Shown here in pieces: positions 28,267 through 32,000 of a stretch of 32,000 nucleotides of DNA. The translations under genes and the position numbers were made by a program. The stretch lies in the NCBI RefSeq assembly GCF_001457595.1, contig NZ_LN831039.1, positions 3,240,001-3,272,000 on the forward strand, read 5' to 3'. The DNA comes from Mycolicibacterium smegmatis (GTDB taxonomy: Bacteria; Actinomycetota; Actinomycetes; Mycobacteriales; Mycobacteriaceae). Below the pieces are notes generated by a model. It saw only the letters and a program-made list of their open reading frames with translations. It had not been told where the DNA came from and searched no databases. How positions within the stretch are numbered: the stretch's first letter is position 1; each line of letters opens with the position of its first letter.

Positions 28267-29948
28267 GTCGGCACCGCCTCGGTGGGGGCGGCCGAGTACA
28301 GCGCGTCGATCTCGGCGGTGTACTTCTTCGCGATCTGTGAGCGTTTGAGCTTCATGGTCGGGGTGAGTTCGTCGGAGCCGGGCAACCACTGGGTGGTGAG
28401 CACAACGAAGCGCTTGATCTGCTCGACCCGGGACAGTCGCGCGTTGGCCCGACCGACGTACGCACCGACCGCGGTGTGCAGATGCTCCGCCGTCGGGAAG
28501 TTCTCGGCCTGGGCGGGATCGACGACGATCAGGGCCACGTTGTACGGGCGGCCGTCGCCGATCACGCACGCATGCTCGACGAGAGGCGAACCGAATTCGC
28601 GAACCCGCGCTTCGATGTTCGCCGGTGACATGTTCTTGCCACTGGAGTTGATGATGAGATCCTTCTTGCGGTCGACGATCCGGACCCGGCCGCACCCGTC
28701 GATGCGCGCGACGTCTCCGGTGTGCAGCCAGCCCCGCTCGTCGAGCGCCTCGGCGGTCGCGTCGGGACGGTCGCGGTACCGGGCCATCACCGACGGGCCG
28801 CGGATCAGGAGCTCGCCGTCGTCGGCGACGCGAACCTCGTTGCCCGGCAACGGTCTTCCCACCGATCCGACGTCGTCGACGTCGGCGATGAGGACCGGAC
28901 CCGCGGTCTCGGACATGCCGTAGGTTTCACGCAGCGGGACGCCGAGTTTGTGGAAATACTCGACGACACCGGTAGGGCAGGGCGCCGCACCGGTGAGCGC
29001 GACCTCGATGCGCGCGAGGCCGATGTTGCGCCGGACGCGGAACTTGTCGGCGCCCGATTCGAGATCGCTTGCGGTGATTGCTCTGAGCTTCTCCCAGATG
29101 CGTGGGGGTGCGAAGAAGATCTCGGGTTGCACGTCGCTGAGCATGGGGATGAGGCGCGTCGCGTCGGGGCAGCAGACCACGGTGGAACCGGCCAGGATGT
29201 GCGCGTAGTGGGTGGACACGCGCTCGGCGATGTGCGCCATCGGCAGGTAGGAGACCGACCACATGTCGCAGCGTGCCCCGATGTGGTCGACGATCTCCCG
29301 GGTGGCGCTCATGATGTTGTGATGGGTCAGTTCAACGCCTTTGGGCGCGCCCGTGGTTCCGGAGGTGTAGATCACCGTCGCGATGTCCGACGGCTCCGCG
29401 CGGCATGCATCGAGTGCTTCGTCGACGTCGATCGACTCACCTTCGGCGACCAGGTCTGTCCACGACGGCGTGCCGACGGTGATGACCGTCGATGCCGTCA
29501 GGTCTGAGAGGTTCACGGCCGCGCGCAGCACCCGCACGAACCGGGGTTCGGTGATCAGGATGCGGCACCGCGCATTACGCAGGATCTCCGCAAGCTGTTC
29601 GGGGGCTGACGTGGGGTACAGCGAGAACGGTGTCGCACCCGCGAGCAGTGTGGCCATGTCGGCGATGTGGAACTCGGGGCGGTTGGTGAGCATGAGCCCG
29701 ACGGTCTCACCGCGCTGCAGGCCGGTTGCTCTCAGTTTCGCGGCGGCGCGCAGCGCGGCCGTGCCGTACTCGCGCCAGGTGAACGCCGTCTCGAGTCGCT
29801 CGTCGCGGATGGCGACCGCGTCGCCGAGTTGGCGAACACGGGACGCGAAGATCTCCACGATGGTGGCATCGTCCCGTGTGGCGGACCCGCCGGACATGGC
29901 GAATACTCTCTGTCGACCGGGACTCGACAGGCGATCGGAAGGCGGCAT
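28263..29948 (-). CDS. long-chain fatty-acid--CoA ligase / AMP-dependent synthetase (FadD family)
   Basis: 561 aa with adenylation motifs VIYTSGTTGAPKGVELTHHN, GYGMSE-like TYGMSETAG, GWLHTGDVA, and IVDRKKDLIINSSGKNMSP with C-terminal LKRSQIAKKY. ATG 29948 has GGAG 8 nt upstream. ATG 29897 is an alternative start. Confidence 0.9.
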   Translation of the reverse strand: MPPSDRLSSPGRQRVFAMSGGSATRDDATIVEIFASRVRQLGDAVAIRDERLETAFTWREYGTAALRAAAKLRATGLQRGETVGLMLTNRPEFHIADMATLLAGATPFSLYPTSAPEQLAEILRNARCRILITEPRFVRVLRAAVNLSDLTASTVITVGTPSWTDLVAEGESIDVDEALDACRAEPSDIATVIYTSGTTGAPKGVELTHHNIMSATREIVDHIGARCDMWSVSYLPMAHIAERVSTHYAHILAGSTVVCCPDATRLIPMLSDVQPEIFFAPPRIWEKLRAITASDLESGADKFRVRRNIGLARIEVALTGAAPCPTGVVEYFHKLGVPLRETYGMSETAGPVLIADVDDVGSVGRPLPGNEVRVADDGELLIRGPSVMARYRDRPDATAEALDERGWLHTGDVARIDGCGRVRIVDRKKDLIINSSGKNMSPANIEARVREFGSPLVEHACVIGDGRPYNVALIVVDPAQAENFPTAEHLHTAVGAYVGRANARLSRVEQIKRFVVLTTQWLPGSDELTPTMKLKRSQIAKKYTAEIDALYSAAPTEAVPT

Positions 29949-29989
29949 CTTTCACTCTCCAGCTCGGGGTAGATCGTGTTACGAACGGG

Positions 29990-30004
29990 TGAACGCCGTT
30001 TCGC
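29990..30004. promoter_or_regulatory. repeat motif copy 1 (GAACGCCGTTTCGC) near the fadD start
   Basis: 12 of 13 positions are identical to the copy at 30141-30153. Confidence 0.3.
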
Positions 30005-30138
30005 AGGCTTCGGTTCACTGCGCGGACGACGGCGGATATCACACAGTCAACGGGCCTGCACGCCAACGGAAAAGGCAGAGGAGTTCATAGGCGAAAGCGG
30101 GCCACCCTGAGGACAGGAAAATTCGCTGCGCGAGGTAA

Positions 30139-30153
30139 GAAACGCTGTTTCGC
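30139..30153. promoter_or_regulatory. repeat motif copy 2, embedded in the palindrome GAAAC-gct-GTTTC, upstream of the MmyB-like regulator gene
   Basis: AACGCTGTTTCGC (30141-30153). Perfect 5-bp arms at 30139-30143 and 30147-30151. Confidence 0.3.
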
Positions 30154-30216
30154 CGACGTGCCGTGCGGGACGGTCTCTCGTGTGCTGCATCCTGGCCAGT
30201 CACCCGCGGCTGTGAA

Positions 30217-30222
30217 TACACT
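30217..30222 (+). promoter_or_regulatory. -10-like hexamer TACACT for a leaderless MmyB-like regulator transcript
   Basis: TACACT-gtgcgc-ATG(30229), a TANNNT hexamer with a 6-nt spacer. Confidence 0.4.
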
Positions 30223-30228
30223 GTGCGC

Positions 30229-31032
30229 ATGGCGCGCCGAAACGATCCGTTGGCGGAGTTTCTGCGCACGCACCGTGAAAAGCTGCAACCCGACGACGTC
30301 GGGCTGACCAAGGGGCATCGTCGGCGGGTGGCCGGTCTCCGGCGCGAAGAGGTCGCAGGCCTGGCCGGTATCAGCACGGACTACTACCACCGCATCGAGC
30401 AGGGGCGTGAGCGTCCGTCCGATCAGGTGCTCGATGCGCTCGCGCGGGCTCTGCTGCTGAGCCCCGATGCGACGGTGTACATGCGCAATCTGGTGGCGGG
30501 GCGGTCACCCGGCCAGCGCCTGGACAGCAGTGCCAGATCGTTGAATCCCGCGCTGCAGGGCCTGATCGACGGCTGGCCGCAGTCACCGGCGCACATCCAC
30601 GACGCCACGGCGACCGTGGTGATGGCCAATCCGCTCGCCGCGCGGCTGTCGCCGAGTTTCGCCCATGGCGGTAACCCGCTGCGCAGCCTGTTCCTCGAGG
30701 AGCGCAGCCGCGAGTTCTACCGAAACTGGGAAGGGCTGACCGCGTGGGCGGTTCGCTGGTTGCGGGATTTCACCGGGCATCACCCCAGCCCTGGGCTGGA
30801 CGCGATCGTCGACGAGTTGAACCGCGAGAGTGAGCGATTCCGTACCCTGTGGGCCTCCTACGACGTCAAGAAACACACCCGTGGGCTCCTTCTGGTCAAC
30901 CACCCCGATGTGGGCCCGCTCGATCTGCACTTCCAGCACCTGAGCCTGCGGGGCAGCGAGTTCATCATGGTCACGTATTGGGCCGAGCCGTGCTCGCCGT
31001 CAGCCGAGGCGCTGAACCGGTTGATGGGCTGA
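30229..31032 (+). CDS. XRE-type HTH regulator with MmyB-like ligand-binding domain
   Basis: ATG 30229 gives MARRNDPLAEFLRTHREKLQPDDVGLTKGHRRRVAGLRREEVAGLAGISTDYYHRIEQGRERPSDQVLDALARAL, the canonical MmyB-like N-terminus. TACACT lies exactly 6 nt upstream. GTG 30163 (track ORF start) is an in-frame alternative. Confidence 0.82.
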   Translation: MARRNDPLAEFLRTHREKLQPDDVGLTKGHRRRVAGLRREEVAGLAGISTDYYHRIEQGRERPSDQVLDALARALLLSPDATVYMRNLVAGRSPGQRLDSSARSLNPALQGLIDGWPQSPAHIHDATATVVMANPLAARLSPSFAHGGNPLRSLFLEERSREFYRNWEGLTAWAVRWLRDFTGHHPSPGLDAIVDELNRESERFRTLWASYDVKKHTRGLLLVNHPDVGPLDLHFQHLSLRGSEFIMVTYWAEPCSPSAEALNRLMG

Positions 31033-31149
31033 TCGGAACCGGACCGACTGGTTGTCGTGAGACCAGGAAAGGTTCGGCCTGGCAACCGCACATCGGTCTG
31101 GCCACCCTGGGGGGTAGTGAAGCCCTACTCCAGACGGGACCGAAACCAT

Positions 31150-32000
31150 ATGCTGCGGTTGGGAAATTCGTTTGTGCAGAACCCGCACGAGGTGTACGAC
31201 CGGCTGCGCCGCAGTGGGCCGGTGCAGCGGGTCGAGATGTGGGGCGGCGTGCCGGTGTGGCTGGTCACGCGCTACCAGGAGGCACGGAACCTGCTGACCG
31301 ACCCACGTATCGGCAAAGACGGGGCCGCCGCGAGTGCCCTGTTCCCGCCGGGGACGGACGGGTCGATCGGTACGGTGCTCGGCGACAACATGCTGTTCCG
31401 GGATCCGCCCGACCACACGAGGTTACGGCGGTTTGTCACCTCGGCGTTCACCGCGCATGCGGTACGCCGGCTTCGCCCCACGATCGCCGGCTTCGCCGAC
31501 GCCCTCCTCGACGACATCGCCGCGTCGGTGCCCGGACAGGTGGACCTGTTGCAGGCTTTCGCCCAGCCCCTGCCCGTTCAGGTGATCGGCGAGTTGCTCG
31601 GTGTCCCGGAACGCGACCGGGAGCTGTTCGCGGCGCTGGTCGTGCCGATCTTCACCAGCACTGATACGACGGTGTTGCGAAGGGCGCAAAAGGAATTGAC
31701 GCTACTGCTCACCGATATGCTCGCCGAGAAGCGGCAGTCTCCGGCCGACGACGTGCTCAGCAGCCTCGTGCACCGGCGCGACGGCACCGATCAGCTGAGT
31801 GAGGCCGAACTGCTCGGCACCGCATTCCTGCTCATCGTCGCCGGATACGAGACGACGGTGAACCTGCTCGCCAACGGAATACTCGCGCTCCTGCGCAACC
31901 CGGAACAGTTGCGGGCGGTTCGGGCGGACCGGTCGTTGCTGCCGCGCGCGGTCGAGGAGGCTCTGCGGTTCGAGAGTCCGCTCAACACCGCCACGGTCCG
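31150..32000 (+). CDS. cytochrome P450 monooxygenase, N-terminal about 283 codons (continues past the right edge)
   Basis: My own translation gives MLRLGNSFVQNPHEVYDRLRRSGPVQRVEMWGGVPVWLVTRYQEARNLLTDPR...LFRDPPDHTRLRRFV...I-helix LLIVAGYETTVN...K-helix EEALRF. It is not in the ORF track because there is no stop in the window. The start is ambiguous (ATG 31150 or GTG 31117). Confidence 0.88.
   Translation, partial: MLRLGNSFVQNPHEVYDRLRRSGPVQRVEMWGGVPVWLVTRYQEARNLLTDPRIGKDGAAASALFPPGTDGSIGTVLGDNMLFRDPPDHTRLRRFVTSAFTAHAVRRLRPTIAGFADALLDDIAASVPGQVDLLQAFAQPLPVQVIGELLGVPERDRELFAALVVPIFTSTDTTVLRRAQKELTLLLTDMLAEKRQSPADDVLSSLVHRRDGTDQLSEAELLGTAFLLIVAGYETTVNLLANGILALLRNPEQLRAVRADRSLLPRAVEEALRFESPLNTATV

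Noticed and set aside
30039-30390. Minus-strand ORFs (112 and 101 aa) in the fadD/MmyB spacer that overlap the regulator start.
   Set aside because: They have no RBS, Arg/Ser/Pro-rich composition, and overlap the well-supported regulator N-terminus. They are judged spurious.
31033-31149. Imperfect inverted repeat GACCGACTGGTTG ... CAACCGCACATCGGTC between the MmyB-like regulator and the P450, as a terminator or attenuator.
   Set aside because: The arms are interrupted, the loop is long, and there is no U-tract. This is too weak to call.

Overview
High-GC (about two-thirds G+C by eye) actinobacterial chromosome segment with no rRNA, tRNA, CRISPR array, transposase or integrase. Gene content and order match the conserved mycobacterial backbone corresponding to M. 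tuberculosis Rv1448c-Rv1466. That backbone is tal-tkt (minus strand), ctaB, qor, an Rv1455-like ATP-grasp gene, ctaA, an ABC-2 exporter pair, mptB, and the sufR-sufB-sufD-sufC-sufS-sufU-sufT Fe-S assembly operon. PE_PGRS genes and the SufB intein of M. tuberculosis are absent, and the protein sequences look like a fast-growing Mycolicibacterium (M. smegmatis-like). That organism call rests on remembered sequences, not a search. Two accessory blocks interrupt or follow the backbone. (1) A roughly 9 kb carbohydrate/polyol locus (5.7-14.8 kb) lies between the Rv1455 and Rv1456c orthologues. It encodes a CUT1-type ABC importer, an SrlD-like short-chain dehydrogenase, an FGGY kinase, a divergent translationally coupled BtpA/SgcQ-family barrel plus IMPase-family phosphatase, and a DeoR regulator. 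(2) After suf there is a TetR-coupled clan-GH-A-like hydrolase with an unusual Cys in the NEP motif. It is followed by a fadD, small lipoprotein and 149-aa orphan operon, a divergent MmyB-like regulator, and a cytochrome P450 truncated at the right edge. Operon structure is directly visible as ten 4-nt ATGA/GTGA start-stop overlaps. Several regulators and ctaA have a TANNNT hexamer exactly 6 nt upstream of the start codon, the geometry of mycobacterial leaderless mRNAs, with repeat or palindrome motifs over those promoters. The least characterised elements are the BtpA-like/IMPase pair, the unlisted lipoprotein ORF with the orphan protein, and the mptB-coupled ABC-2 transporter.
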